DNA from: Ylistrum balloti
Taxonomy: Eukaryota
Reading direction: 5' to 3'
NCBI RefSeq assembly: GCF_031769215.1
Contig: NW_026782001.1
Span: 620,001 to 684,000, forward strand
DNA length: 64,000 nt
In this document: piece by piece, positions 1 through 14,358 of the stretch
How positions within the stretch are numbered: the stretch's first letter is position 1
How the letters are laid out: each line of letters begins with the position of its first letter
Notes under the pieces: model-generated
Databases searched by the model: none
Seen by the model: only the letters and a program-made list of their open reading frames with translations
Told to the model about the DNA's origin: nothing
Position numbers and translations under genes: made by a program

Positions 1-3000
1 TCTTCTTCTACTTGTACTTTTTCAGGAGACTCCATGTAAATCTTTCTTTTGTTCACATTTTCCTTTATTCTTTTGCAGCATTAAAAACATTGTACAAATG
101 AAACGCGTGTGTGACGAAAATAGACGATGACGTCATCACGATCACACGAGGGTCGTCACTCACAGTACTTTGAATTCGTTTCTTATTCTTATCGAAACAC
201 AATCTGTCTGCATTAGATTTTAATTTTACGAAACAAAATCTGTCTGATGTAGTGTTGTCGTGTAAATGTAAATGCAATCAAATTAACCATTTTATTGATA
301 TTTTTACTATGAACCCTGTAAACAAGATCATCCGTCTTAACATGTTTTAGTGTTGAAATTTTGTTTTAACTTTGAAATTTGTGAGGTCAAATAGATCCCA
401 TAGACTAGGTCTACCTGTCGTGGTTTGTCAATTCTCCAGTAGGCTGCCACGTGGAATACGTCTTCGTAGATCCAACAGCTTAGTCAGTATACATATAAAC
501 CTATACAAACTGTTTTATAACTCTCTGTTACTCCTTTATATAGCGTCGATAATCTAGTGTTAGTTTTAACGGTCAGGTGCAGATCAGCGGCGGATGTTAG
601 TAACGGAAATAGGTCCATCCTATCACATTTAGACATAGCGATGTCATAATCAACTAGTTGCGTCACATGAACTGAATGACGACACAACAAGACAGTTTCC
701 ATAGATACAGACTTGTGTTTATTTCGTGTATGACATTATAATACTCATAATTCAATGGATGATTGCACGTAAAATACTTGTTTTAGGTATTATCGAGGAA
801 AGCATATATACTTCATGAAAAATAAAGGGGACATTTTGTTGGAATCAAAATGTGATAACAGTTTTAGTGAAAGACAGAATTGCCATATATTGGGATACTT
901 GTCCGCTGCGCAATTTTTGCGAGCTTCATTATAATGTGCTAATGCAGTTCTCAGGTTATTCATCTTTTTTCCCCCATTTTTCATAGCCTGAGATAATTTA
1001 AAATGCCTCTTTTAAGGACTTTGAATATTTCAAATATATATATACCAGTGTAGATACAAGTAACACACCGACTTGTATTTATCACGACTAGAGAATGTTC
1101 AGGTGCAAGTACTTCATCAGATCTTTAGATGTGTTACTCATGCGTTGATTACGAAACGAAGAAAAATAATTTGATTTTATCGATATATCGTAATACCTTA
1201 TAATAACAGTAAATCGATAACTAATCATTGGAATTGGATTATTGAAGTGATGAATTAAATAACTGATGTCATACTTTTGAATTGGATATAAATAGGTAAA
1301 AATACATAATTGAAATTGAAACAGTATTCTACATTTTATTTTATATATACTCAAAACAATGACGTATGTCACCAGTCACGAAAACAGTTTTGGTCCGACA
1401 TTCCCACTTCGCCATGGTCATCCAATCATGTATATATTTCCTTCAGTATCATTTACACTGACATACAAGTGTACACTATCAATACTGTGCTTTGGTGTGT
1501 TGTTTGAATACTATATATGTTAAACATTTGGTTGGTCATTATAAAAGAAAGCACAGTATTTCGTAAAAAAAAGTTTTCGGTTCTTTAACCAGTTTAACCC
1601 GTACATCGTTGATACAGCTGCTGGCAATGTAAGCAGAACTTGTCCCTTCTCCATCCACCCTCGATCTCCGCGCGGTGATTCATTCCATAGGTAAATCATT
1701 TTTTATTGGACATAAAAAATCAATTACTCTAATAAAAGTTGCTATTTATGGCAAACGGGAGTTGTTATATCATATCGGAAAATTAACAATTATGAATTGT
1801 TTCACGGGTAATTTAATTTATTTTCCTGGCAACGATTTTTCTGTTTCATATTCGGCGAGTGTATAATAGGGAGCAATATCGAACCTGTCGCTCTACACCT
1901 ACAAACAAAACGATTTGTCTTCTAACGTATTTTTTTCCCATTAAACAATTAATGTATCTTACAACAGTTCTAACAAAACGTTTTTTCTCAGCTTATTTGT
2001 GTGTCGTTAATTTATTGGTATCTACATTTGTTGAATAAATCAACCATTGGTTTTAGTAACATATAATGCATTGAAATCTGTTGATTTGGAAAAGAGACTA
2101 CCACCGCCATTGATTACCCATCAAGCACATGGCGAACTACACAGGCTAATAAAATCATTTTAAAGGAGAAAATGACTTGTCATGAATGGTAAATGAAATT
2201 GGCTTTTTATGACAAAATCAACATTCTCATCTGCTGACTAATGGTAGGTATGTTATATCCCTTGTCCTGCCTTAGAACAGCAAGCACATTGTGATTTTGA
2301 AGAGGTAGTCAAACAGATGGTGATACAGAGGCGATATTTATCGAAATAAGGCTTGGCTAGCATCCGCTATATTCAAAAACCTTACTAGTAAACTCTTTGT
2401 TGCAGCATGATGTATTTCCGAAAGAGATTGTATCAATGAGTTGTGTTTTATTTTCCAATTAACAATTCACTTTTAGAATTTCAGATATTTTGTATAGTAT
2501 TGATATTAGAGAGACCGTCAGTATTTTTTCGGCTAAGGAAGATTTGAAGGACTCATTTTTTCCAGCCTACAGATCTTTACTAAACTGCTTTGTTCTGATT
2601 GCAAATAGTTTATATCAGTTTAATAACAACGAAAAGAAAAGGCAGACACAAACATACAATGTATTTTGGTCAAGTACTAGCAAAACATTCATATTGTGTC
2701 ACGGCATGCTCTGTCATATCACTGTAGTGTACAAATACAGCGTGAAGTGAACAATTAATCCCCTCAATATATAAGCATTATAGACCGATCTTACAAGGAA
2801 CCCTTTGAATCTGACAGGCCACTTTAGGCTTCCATGCCGGTGTTAGGCCAGCGCTTTATAAGGAAATGCTTAATACCTTAAAGATGGTTCAAATATCCCC
2901 GATGTTATCAATGGCTTAGCACAGAAAATGAGAAGTTATAACAGATATTAGCGAAACGACTTACATTTTTTGATATCTTTGTTCAATGGTTATTTTCGTC

Positions 3001-5249
3001 GTGATTTTATTCCCTCGTCGAAATGGCGAAAATTAGAGCCTGTCGAATATAACTGAAATAAAAATCAAAACAATAAATTAATCTCCTTAAACGACACATT
3101 TTTGTTGAAATAAGTGTATCAACATAAGTTCTCTTGTTTTGATATATTGGAGTATTACTGTACATGCACATTGAAAATTAAGAAAAAAATTCCCCTGTTC
3201 TGGAAATTAGACCTAGCAAATTTATATCGCATGAAATATACTGGAAAAGCCGGAGGATTATACTTAAAAGTTTGAATCATGGACAATAGGTTCAGTTACT
3301 TGTGTAATTCTTGATTATAAGGGAATGAAACAATATCCATTTACATAAATGTATCAATAAACTTGAGCATTCACAGCATTTAAAAGAAGTATGTCGTTAC
3401 TTCTAAAATATAATAACAATCGTGAATACGTTATAAATAAATTTGCATTAAAGTCGTTTAAATATTTATTTAATTCAAACATAATTATAGCATACAGTAA
3501 TGAAAATAAACGTTATTATTGATTACGTAATAAGAAATTTTTCCGTATTTTTCCTCTGGCACTAAACACCTCTCTGAAAAATATCGACAATGATTACATG
3601 GCACCACTTTACAGATCAGTTGACCAGTTTTCATTGAGAGCCACCCCAATTCATGCCGTCCGAATTACGAAAGTTAGGGATAAAATTTCAGCAAGTGTAT
3701 ATATACAATAGATATAAAGGATATATCTATCGGGACAACATAGCTTTACGGGAGAGTGATTGGAGAGGTTATTAAAGATGTTCAAATATCAAGCAACAAC
3801 CTGATGCTTTAGTTAATAAGTATTATAGATATATTGAAAAAGTGTCATTAAAAAGAAATTCCGAAAAAACTAAATTAAAACTGTAAGTAAACTGAGTTGT
3901 TCTATAGATTACACAACAGTATTTCTACAGACATACCGTAGTACGGCAGATATAACACTATAACATGGAGAATGTTGATGCTGCTGGGACATTGTCAAAA
4001 GTATTGCTAATGTATTGATTGTACAACTGACACACAAGTGAATAGAACACTTTGATACAAATGTAAGGCTAGATACAGTAGAGCAAACTTATGAATTACA
4101 TTGAAGTTTACAGCTACAATTGTGGAGCCTAGGAAGCAAATGTGAAAACAATCCAAAGTGATAAGAGAAAAGTCCAAATCTCGACGGGGAGATGCACTAG
4201 GCCCATACTTAAGTAGATTACGTAATCGTGATTTTCAGATAATTTAGAAACAACGAGATCTACAATAGGGTTCTAATGTTCCATTAATCCTTATCCCGAC
4301 ATCACCATTATCACACATACCACTAATCACCAAAAACACCTACATTTTCATGTGGGTGGATTTAAAAAAAAATTAGATTAAAATTTGAGGAAGAAAGAGA
4401 AGAATTATTACATTACGTAAGATAGACTTATCTCTACGAAAAATTGAAAAAAGGACCTATTCCAAAAAATGTTGGAAATTTTTTGTTCTGGTAAAATAAT
4501 TATTTGCTTGGGCGTTGAAATTCAGAGTTGAATATTATGTGTGTTTTACAAAGAATGAAGGCTAATGAATTAATTAGTTATAAAATATAGATATTTAGAA
4601 GACATGTAGCGATATTTTTGTATGTATAACCATCAGATTTGAGATTTAAAGTGAAATCGTGTTATTTAAACTGAATTCAAAATAGTAACTCATATACAGT
4701 ACAAAAGCCATCGGTACAAATGTTGTAGCCACACTAATTCCAGATGTAAATAAAAAGATGTCTATAATTAATTTTATTACTTAAAAAAGAGAAGAAATAG
4801 AAACAAAATACTATGAAACAAATTAATGTTAAGTCAGTATTGCTACAATGGATGTGGAATAACTGACATTTTAGAAAGATAGATATACGTTCGACTAGTT
4901 CCTTATCCGAATGACTCCACTAAGAAGCTTAAGAACATAGAAGAGGTACAAATGATCGCCTTATTACTTTGAAGACTCTGCTACAAGAGGCATTAACAAA
5001 GAACCTGGAGGCGGTAATTCACATGAAAAAATACCGTGGCACCACCTGTCAGTTCGATATCATGACAGATCTCATCAAAATGTCCTATGTGGCCATCTTC
5101 CAATTAGCATATCAAATTACAATCTCATTGGTTTTAGTGCTAGAGAGGTCCACCTGCGTTTGTATGTATCTTTTTCAAAGAAACAAATAAAATACGGACA
5201 ACACGTAAGCATAATTTTAATGAAACTCAAATTCCATGAAATTAAGCCA

Positions 5250-5480
5250 ATATATCAACAACAGTTTGACACGGAGACCTCTGAAAAGGTATAGTGACAA
5301 TAGGACCAGGTGTTGTGGAAGAGTTATCGCCTTCTGCTTCAACAACGGCATTCACAATGTAAACTTTGGTCAATCTTACTAAATAATGTTACGTTCCTTG
5401 TGAATAACGTAAACAACAACAGAACTGCCTGGCATACTGTTATAAAGAACACCAAACACGCTAAGTTCATATCATCATTC
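5250..5480 (-). mobile_element. 3' tail fragment of the same Penelope-like family
   Basis: gaccaggtgttgtggaagagttatcgccttctgcttc...tgtaaactttggtcaatct aligns by eye with the copies at 36.9 kb and 57.0 kb. A very degenerate RT-like extension may run to about 5700. Confidence 0.6.
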
Positions 5481-6264
5481 ATGATCGTAATATACCACTC
5501 ATTTTGGTAGAGTGACAACTTGTTTGCCCGTTGTTAGTATGGTGGCTTTCAGAAGCACTTAAAATTCGGCTTCAGTTTCCTAATATCACAAGTACACTTA
5601 CCGACAAACATACTCACTTTGCAGAAATGAGCAGAACTGTGAACAGCCTGAGGTTGTGAAATGTGAAAAAGGTATTCATATACTGATATATGGTATTATA
5701 TATGCAATAGTAAGGCGAACGTATTGATTGGAATGTAAATAGTTTAAAAAAAATTCTCCAACACGACAACACGTGTATCCCTAGTCTTAATACAACAGAA
5801 TAATTTCACAGTGATATAAAACCGTTATGAAGTAGTATACGGTATCCTATGAGTATCCTATAACATACATATGTCCATTGTCAAACACAGAGTTGAACAA
5901 ACTCGCACGGTTGATGTAAAATAATGCTGTTGTTTTACAAGTAGAATCATATTAGGCGGATTTTAGTTATATACCGATTTTCACGAGCTCAGATATTCAA
6001 ATGTAAACGACTTTTAGGTCACTTGAAACAAAGTCTCAGGTTGACATATTGCGATCCCCTTTTTATTCAGCGTCGTGCATTATATACTTTTAACATTTTC
6101 GACTTCTCCTGGAAAACGTTTACAAATCATCCATGTCTAAAGGCTCACCAAATTTATAATACCCTTTTATAGATGTTGGGTTTACAAACTGGGCATATAA
6201 GGATTTGATTAATATAAGAAGGATTATTGAAACAGACATATATATTTTACAACATTTGTGAAAC

Positions 6265-6412
6265 AAGCGCGGGAGAGGTCTAACTGTGGGAGGAAATCGG
6301 GGTACATGGGGAAAGTCAACATGATCGGTCAGGCGACCTCCTACCTTTTCACGAGTGTTCCAGATATCGCACCCCGGACGGCTAGGTGAAAGGCAAGTGC
6401 GTTACCGACCAC
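6265..6412 (-). mobile_element. tRNA-derived SINE fragment (V-domain-like)
   Basis: The minus strand has a tRNA-like head with a B-box-like GGTGCGATATC, then ...actttccccatgtaccccgatttcctcccacag. This resembles the ggtttcctccgggtactccggtttcctcccac block of V-SINEs, recalled from memory and not aligned. Confidence 0.5.
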
Positions 6413-6429
6413 CAAATATTGTACATTCT

Positions 6430-6880
6430 AGATACAGGGGTCTTAGGTGCGGGACCAAAAAGGGTCAAATTGATTGAAACTTCAAAAATCTTCTGCTCAA
6501 ATTCAAAGTATGGTAGAATCACGTATTCCTCATCGAAAGATGGCGTTCAGATGCTTTACCGAAATTGCAAATTTTATGATCCCAGGGTGTCACAATTCCC
6601 CCTAGGGAGAGGGTAAAGTTTATTATAGTTTATGAAGGAAAATTAGATTTTTGAACATTATTTGTTTATTTTCTATTGGAAATCGTTCAAACTTGGTTAG
6701 GATGGCATATTTCAGATAATAATTTAATGAAATGCATATGTTAACCTCGGCTCACCCCAGGGTCTGTTGGGTGTGGTCAAAAATGGGTAAAACAGGTTAA
6801 AATTTAAAATAAATTCTTCTCAAATCAAAGGTATGGTACAACCAAACACTCTTAAATATAATTGCCGTTTACATAAGAAT
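6430..6880. mobile_element. Non-autonomous Helentron/HINE-type repeat, internal fragment
   Basis: Contains motifs (gggtcaaa, ttcaaaaatcttctgctc, aaacttgg, tgatcccagggtgt, aaattcttctc) typical of oyster Helitron-N elements with internal satellite-like units. Recognised from memory only. Confidence 0.45.
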
Positions 6881-7044
6881 TATTTTTAGGCAAAACATAT
6901 TTTACTGCATTTTTGATTTGGTTGAGCTAAATAAAGTTCGTTCACAGTGCTTCCCTTTGCATATTTTCTCAGCTCTTTATAAATGCTTAAAGGATTCGTT
7001 GGTACAAAGCATCTAAGAAGGTGAATTACCTTACTGGGACAGAT

Positions 7045-7210
7045 CAATATTTACATGACGGATGTAATCCTTAAAGTAGAGGACACTAACCTTTCTGTCT
7101 TATCATTACTCTTTTCCCACTTTTCCGTCTCCGTGCATTTTTTCTTCTTTTGTCCATGATTTGACATCGGTTTATTGATTTTGATAACATGTCGACATTT
7201 TAATGTGTTT
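7045..7210 (+). mobile_element. Degenerate 3' tail fragment of the Penelope-like family
   Basis: tttacatgacggatgt...agtagaggacact...gataacatgtcgacatttt resembles the tail consensus. Confidence 0.4.
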
Positions 7211-7444
7211 TTTAAAAAATAACTCTTCAGACGTACTTTAAATAATGCTGAAATAGGACTACAGAGAGCAATGAAGAGGTCATTTTGAGAATATCAAAGC
7301 AATATACAGATTTTATCGATATAACGATATAACTGATGACTCACTAAAGTGTTAACAATAGTACTTGTCTCAATACTGAGATGGTACTGTAGTTATACTG
7401 TAGGGATATCACTGATAATTCACTAATAAACAATTAATTAAATT

Positions 7445-7490
7445 GTATCATACCGCTGTTTCGTCCATCTAGGTCTCGTCAATGACGTTG
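7445..7490 (-). ncRNA. Hammerhead ribozyme motif, degenerate copy
   Basis: The minus strand reads ACGTCA TTGACGA GACC tagat GGAC GAAA CAGCGG TA TGATAC, with a C3-to-U change and one stem II mismatch. Confidence 0.55.
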
Positions 7491-7672
7491 ATCATAAATT
7501 TGATTACGGTTTGAGTTTATCTTTAGCCCCTTTATTTTGACATTGCGTTACACATTTGCCTACCACACAAGGTTATATATCACGTAGGTGATTAACATTT
7601 CAATGTAGGATATGATTGATTGATTTAGATATTTTAATCTTCCTTAATCGCCTCATTAGATTCAAAATTTAA

Positions 7673-7723
7673 GTCCTTAGCATTGCTTACGAGTCCAGGA
7701 AAGGAGAAATAGCTGTATGATGC
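7673..7723 (+). ncRNA. Hammerhead ribozyme motif, degenerate copy
   Basis: gtccttaGCATTG CTTACGA GTCC aggaaa GGA GAAA TAGCTG TA TGATGC. Stem I and the GUA triplet are intact, with a core G-to-T change and a 1-nt deletion in stem II. Confidence 0.55.
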
Positions 7724-8299
7724 AGTGCAATATATTATTTGGATCTACTGTGTTTATTTCTAAATTTGTATTGTAAAGTTCTATTCACTTGTGTGTCTTT
7801 TGTAAATATTCTAATAGATTTTAACTAATGTACATCATGTCTTCTATGAAATGCTAATTGAACACTGTTTCTGTGGGTCACATGTTCGATACTTTTCGTA
7901 CTAAAGACCATCACCAATAGACATGTTTCTTTACTATGAGGTTTTGTAAAATTTGAACTTTTGAGTTGAGTTTTCTCCATAACAGTATGCTAAGCGTGAT
8001 GACTTCAATTTGCCTATTCGTGAATATTCAATTTCTCGAAAGCAAAAATGCCTGCTTCCCCAACCTATAGTGCTTGCATGTAGCAGTTGATTAAGTAATC
8101 TTAGAACTGTTCCGTATATCACGATGTTCGTGCACGATGTCAGCAACTGACAGACAAACTCGCAATGCAGAGCTTTAAGAGATGCAGGTTGATGAAGGTT
8201 ATGGGAAAGCTTTATGGTCGTCATTAAAGGGTATATTTTTCTGTGAGCAATATGACACTGGATGTGTGTGATGCTCTGTATTATGCCTAATGGTTCTGT

Positions 8300-8480
8300 A
8301 ATTGTTTACCTTGTTCTCATTTAGGAACGTGACATTACATGACTAGTGAAGCAAAAGACGCTTATCCTTCCAGCACGCCATATAGTATTTTCCTTGCACT
8401 CTGTTTCAGCATTATCTGTGTAAGTCTTTTGTTATTATTTCATCATAGATTCATCTAATTTGAATTTTAATCAAGATTTT
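8300..8480 (+). mobile_element. 3' tail fragment of the Penelope-like family
   Basis: ccttgttctcatttaggaacgtgacattac...gaagcaaaagacgcttatccttccagcac matches the copies at 39.1 kb and 51.5 kb. Confidence 0.5.
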
Positions 8481-9589
8481 GTTTTGATTATGTTTCTTTC
8501 TTTGTTTTGATGAGATTCCTTTCGTGAGCTGTTTTGGTATCAAAAGTCCCTTAATGACTTATGAACTATCGCGGGTCTTGAAACGATACAAAAACCTATA
8601 CATGTACAAAGAAATTCTGATACTGATTTTGGCCAATTATGATTACCATAGAGGCTTCCTGGCAAGCTTAAAATGTTTTCAGATAATGATGGTTTTTTCA
8701 TGAATCATTATTTTTCTAAACACGAATGATCTGTCAATTAGGACATACGAATATTACCTGCTGTTCCCGTTGCAGGATTCGTAAATGGTTAACAAATCTT
8801 GGATTTTGTTTTTGCAGACGGTTTTAGGATTCTGTCTCCGACCGAGACATATTACATCATTAGTTGACACTGTACTCACGCTCACGATTGTAGAAGTGTG
8901 GTGATTGATTTATCCATTGTCTTCTTTATGTCACCGGGTGTGGTGCTCTGTAAGGGGACTTCAGTGTGGTAGAACTGAAATAGGTCAGTTTCACACTAAC
9001 ATTTCGTAGCCTTCCGAAAAAGCACTCGTTGAAGAATGCATTATCCTTTCAAACACAGAAAGGCCACCCCTAAATGTAAATCAATATAGTTTCCAATAGT
9101 TTCAAAGCTCTAGGCACTTAACTGTACGATTACCCATTGTTATAAACTATGATCAGTTAGCCATGAATGTGTCAACAATCGTTTACTGTTCTCCACACAG
9201 TATTCCTGGTGCCCGAAGATCTCTCCTGTATTAGAGTATTCCATTTCCAACGTATTGATGTCCAATCATAAATATTTTCAAATATTCAAATATTGTACAA
9301 ACATAACAGCAAAAGCAAAAGTATTTCAATAATATCTGTAAACAAAATGGTACGACATGAAAGTGGTTGAGATATAGCTTAGGTTGTTAGTAGGAAACAA
9401 ACCTGTTTATTGTAATAGGTGTAAAACAAAAATGTTCAGATGATAGACCAAGTATAAAAGTGTTAACGAAAATTCATCAACATAATAAGTTTTAACCAGA
9501 ATAGGTCGAAAGTTGTTCACTGAATATAATAGATGACAAAAGTGTTTATCTAGAATGTCTAGAGAATAAAGATATCTACTAGTACATAT

Positions 9590-10185
9590 CGAAATCAAAG
9601 GCGTTTATAGAAACAGATCGACAACAAATATGTTTACCGCTTTAGATCGAGAACAAATGCATTTAATGGCATATATCTAGAATAAATGCTTTACATAAAA
9701 TAGATGAAGATCAAAGACTTTAACTTAGATAGACAAAGATCAAAGGCGTTAACTGAAACAGGCAAAGAACAAAGGTTTTAATTGAAATAGACCAAGAGCA
9801 ATGGTTTTAACTGATATAGATTATGAACAAAGGTTTTTAATTAAAGTTGATCAAGAACAAAGGCTTTAACTGAAATAGATCAAGATCAAAGACTAAATGA
9901 AATAGACTAAGAACAAATGTGTTAACCATAATAGATTAGACCAAATGTGTTAACTTAAATTAGACAAAGAACAAATGTGTTAACTGAAATAGACAAAGAA
10001 CAAAGGTGTTAACTGAAATAGACAATGAACAAAGGCGTTAACCGAAATAGATCAAGATCAAAGGGGTTAACTGAAGTAGATAAAAAAATCAATGGCGTTA
10101 ACCGTAATATGTAAAGATCAAAGGCGTTCACCGGAATAGATGACGAACCAAAGCGTTAAGATCAAGAAAAAAGACTTTAACTGAA
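9590..10185 (+). repeat. Degenerate 29-bp minisatellite (about 20 copies)
   Basis: Consensus ttaactgaaatagacaaagaacaaaggtg, best conserved at 9950-10080. Confidence 0.85.
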
Positions 10186-11351
10186 AAAGTATTTAGATAC
10201 ATGGATGAAATTACTGAAGGTGTTAGCAAAAGAGGCAAAATGAAATTAACACATTACATAGCGAATAATAGGCCTCCTTACGATCATTATTTTTTATCTT
10301 ATAATCATAGCTGTTGCTGTTTTGTTTTGAAAAGTATATAGTGTTACAATCGGTGTTTTGTAGATCTTTTTTGATAGATAGAAACATTGAGAATGTATGG
10401 AGTTGATCACTACACGGAACGTAATATCATTAGATTTTTTTTCTTCTTCGAGATTAGTAAATGACAGAATAGACATAATAAAGAAAACGAACCCGCATGT
10501 ATATAGATCAGATGGCTGCTTCAGATAAAAAAGCTTAACCAAATACAGATATTCATGTGTTTCAATAAATATATCATAGTAGCTGTAGGTATATACATAA
10601 TTACAATGGGTGCAAGAGGCAAGTTTTACTGTTACGATAGAATTGTGTGCAAAACAGAAATAATACTGTTTGTTAATTAAATCTGGAAACCTGATCTACT
10701 TGACGTGTGACAGATCGTGAATAGACCAGGTGTTTGTAAGCATCCATGTGTAATTGGTTTCATTGTAACGGAAGTATCATAGAGGTATATTCTGTAGCCT
10801 TCAACACTATGATAGTAGGATACGTGCAGTCGTGTTAACGAACAAGTAATGAGGACAACGTTAGATATTATTGAAGAAATGATATTAAAAACGTATGTGT
10901 TATCACTAATGAAAAACACGAATTAGAGACTAAAATGGATTAATTCCCAGTCAGTGGCCTGCAGAAGGTACCACGTCCTCCGGCCAGTTAACTACAATAT
11001 CTGTAATACTGTGATGAAAAAAATCGGGATGTTAATGCAAGTGAGCTGCTTTAATATTAAATTTAAAATGATTAAATATTAAACACAACAAGCTGTTGAT
11101 CTTTCTATGTTTACGCCAATAATTCAAGTGTTATGTTTGCAGGAATAGCTTAAGTGTGCATATAAGTTTATATATCGACATTTGTAGGGAAACAACTGCT
11201 TGATATATTCTTAATGTACATGGTAAAGAAGAGGGTACATTTGTATATCCTAGAAAATCAGAATCAGAGAAATAATTTTTTACCTGATACAGAAAGATAA
11301 TATCGTTCTGCATCAAATGTCAATTTTCATCCTGTCGGCGCTATCGGTAAG

Positions 11352-11500
11352 AAAGTCGAACCTCGTTATCTCGAAGTCGGTGATTCTGGAGGGAAACTTC
11401 GAATTATCAGAGTGTTCGATTTGAATCTTTTCGAATGTTTGGTTTGAAAATACCCTTGACCGACGGTATACTAAGAATCAAACAGGGTCTTCGAGTAAAA
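11352..11500. mobile_element. Tc1/pogo-type MITE remnant
   Basis: agtcgaacctcgttatctcgaagtcgg resembles the CAGTCGAACCTCGTTATCTCGAA class of terminal inverted repeat. The partner TIR is only partly visible. Confidence 0.35.
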
Positions 11501-11853
11501 AAACATCTAATTCTTGCAATACGAATCTAGTAACACTACAGTGACAGAAATTCACCAGAACCTTGAAAAGGTACTTGTGATATAAGACAATGTGTTCTGG
11601 AAGAATAAGCGTCTTCTGATTCAAAGGTGACACGCGTAATGCAAATTTTGCTCAAAACTACGCAGTAAGGAATATCATTTTCAAAAAAATGAAAAAAAGG
11701 AAACAACAAAGCCACCAGACATAGTATCAAACACGTCCAACTGAATATTTCGAAATAAAAACTTACTGACGACTATAAAATTTCTCCATAGTCTTTATCA
11801 ACTTACATCTCTCGAACCTCTGTTTCAGTATAACCCTAATGATAAACGAAATG

Positions 11854-11899
11854 GCATCATACTACTATTTCGTTCTTTAAGAACTTTACAATGACGTTG
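11854..11899 (-). ncRNA. Hammerhead ribozyme motif, degenerate copy
   Basis: The minus strand reads ACGTCA TTGTAAA GTTC ttaaa GAAC GAAA TAGTAG TA TGATGC. The core is decayed, but stem II shows a compensatory pair (GTTC/GAAC). Confidence 0.45.
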
Positions 11900-12936
11900 A
11901 ATACCAGAACAGAGTCAGTTGGGAAAAAGAAAATTGCCTTATTTGCCTGATCAATTACTAGGACTAGGAAATGTGGAATAACCAAAAAGGGACAAGAAAT
12001 TAGAAATTGTAAACAGTTACAAAAGACGAAGGAATAGAATAGTCTAAAATGTTATTTTACATACCAGCATATATTTGTAAGTTGACAGCAAAAGATGTGA
12101 ACTACATGTTCTTTGAAGCATATCTTTACAAATACTGTGTCGTTTTGTTCTATAAAGCAGCTACACCACTCAATGTATCTGTGGTCTGAAATCGGCGGAC
12201 GAATTGCGATTTCACTATTTTTTTTTATCTATCAATCTGTAAAGTGTCTAATTTCAAAAACGTAGAGAAAACGTAGAGACTACAAACAAAATGTCATTCT
12301 AATTATACTGGTTTAATCGATTCAATGTGTCGTTTTCAAATACATCAGCGACGAATCTAGAAAGTTTAGTTTCATGGTGATGATAGAGTCCTCAAAAGAG
12401 CCGATGTTTTAGAAGAGTATCAGTGAAATGGTAATACATGTACCGCCTGTAGATAACAATGTGATGCATTGTATTAGGTTACGAGCAATATCCGTTACAT
12501 ATTCAGATAAAGAGCATGTTTACACTTCAATTATCATTTCAAAGTCCGGGAATAGCAATATTATTGAACCTCATTTTTTCAAAATATAGGTTTTCTTTAT
12601 TTCACAGTAAATGGAACTCGAGATATGTACTTGTGACCCCATTGAAATTCAACTAGCAAGTGCAGTCCATAGGCACTGTTTCTCCAAAGTTATGTAAACT
12701 GGACGTATCTGTGTTTCATGTTACACCAGACATTTGTTTTCATTGATGAAACGATCTATGTATCACTTATCCTTTCGACCTTCCCCAACCTTGAAATGAC
12801 GTTGTAAAATAAAAATAATAAACCTTAAACTAAAAAATATTAACAAGTAGAAGATAGCATGGATATCCTTCAAAATGTTTAGAGAAGATAGATAAAGTTA
12901 GTTACTCCGGAAGAGTAATGTTCTTTCTTCATTTTG

Positions 12937-12981
12937 GTCCTTAGCATTACTGACGAGTCCTAGAAGGACGAAATAGTTGCA
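12937..12981 (+). ncRNA. Hammerhead ribozyme motif, degenerate copy
   Basis: gtccttagcatta CTGACGA GTCC tagaa GGAC GAAA TAGTTG CA. The core and stem II are perfect, the triplet is GCA, and the 3' strand of stem I is deleted. Confidence 0.6.
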
Positions 12982-14335
12982 GTTTAAATCATTGTTTGGC
13001 CCCACTGTATCTCACACTTTGTGTTAAATGGCGCTATTAACTTGTGTGACTTTTGTACATCAACGACGCCCGACATGTAGATCCGGGTAAGTCTCATACA
13101 AGATCGATGATGCTAAGGCAAAATTTGAACAAAGTCAATACGTAATTCGATACTTCATGGTCCTCAATGTGGTGAAGTGTGTTGGGACAACGAAATTTAA
13201 AGACAAATTATTAGAATAATGAAGCACAATTTCACACTTCATATCCAGCGTCGAAATAAATCATTTTCCACCAAGTTCATAATGGCAACAATTAAGGTTG
13301 ATTTAAGCATTCATAAAACAGCATGTTTCGTAATCCTGTGATTGGTGCCCTTCAGCAATTAACGTCTATCAAAGTAACTATGATATATGAAGCAACCCTG
13401 AAGTGTCTAAGCTAGCTACCACAGGACTGGTGGTCAACCCAATGTTCGCGAGCGGAATTGAATTTCTTACAAGTGTTATATGGCTCAGTAGTATGTTATC
13501 TGTTGAACTAATTCTATAGTTCGAGATAAGTTGTGAAACCAGTGAGTCTACCTTAACAATGATAATGTCATACATTGTTTTGCAATGTTGTATCTTAATT
13601 TTTATTTGTATTGAAATGAACTATTATCTTGGATGTTTTCTGCGCAATCATTGATCAGGAGTTCAATATGAATTATCTCAACAATAAAGATATTCTAACT
13701 TTAGCAAAAGAAATTGTTGATAAAGCCAATTTTTTATTGAAATCTTCCATAAAATGTTTCTTTTACTTTCCATTTTCATTTCTCCAGTAATTTCAACCTT
13801 TCACGAAAACACATCTCACAAGAAAAAAGGCACAGAATATTTGTGTAGATTTGTAATCATTCGGGAAGAAAAATAGCATTACAGCGACGGTCATAAGGAC
13901 TAGTACCATTCTCACGGTTCCTAATTCAAGATTATGTGTTATTTTGCAAAGACTGCTGCCAAATAGTTAAAATATCATATTGATGTGACTTTGCTAAGAA
14001 ATAAAAGCTCTAATAATTGAAGTACTTTCATGTTCTCTCACACAGGTGTGTGGAATACAACGTTTAAAACAGAAATATTCACAGTAGGAAACATTTTATG
14101 TTCAGTAAATGGTTACATAACAAATGATCTTTTGAATTTAGACTTTGATACTATTAGCATCACATACTTTGATTTGATGGTTTTATATTGGTAGGTAGAG
14201 GTAACATCGTGGTTTACTAATTGCAGATCAGGCACTAGATAAAATTTGGTCTATCGCCAAATTTACAAATATGTAGGGTTTCGATGGTAATCAGATAAGC
14301 CTAGTTTATATTATCTGTTATATACATGTAAATAC

Positions 14336-14358
14336 TTTTTTTTTTTTTTTTTTTTTTT
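14336..14358. repeat. Poly(T)23 tract
   Basis: Read directly from the sequence. Confidence 0.9.

Noticed and set aside
484-702. ORF segment TSAADLHL...RLSTLYK resembling the PLE RT motif SASYLDLHL...RLxTKLYDK
   Set aside because: The expected downstream RDDFNF..NFPFL motif and the 3' tail are absent, so it is probably chance.
8760-9300. Possible decayed exon on the minus strand ending at a cag|gtaata donor
   Set aside because: There are multiple stops in all frames and no recognisable product.
13095-13125. gatgatgctaagg as an extra inverted hammerhead-family copy
   Set aside because: Only the stem I strand of about 11 nt matches, and no core follows.
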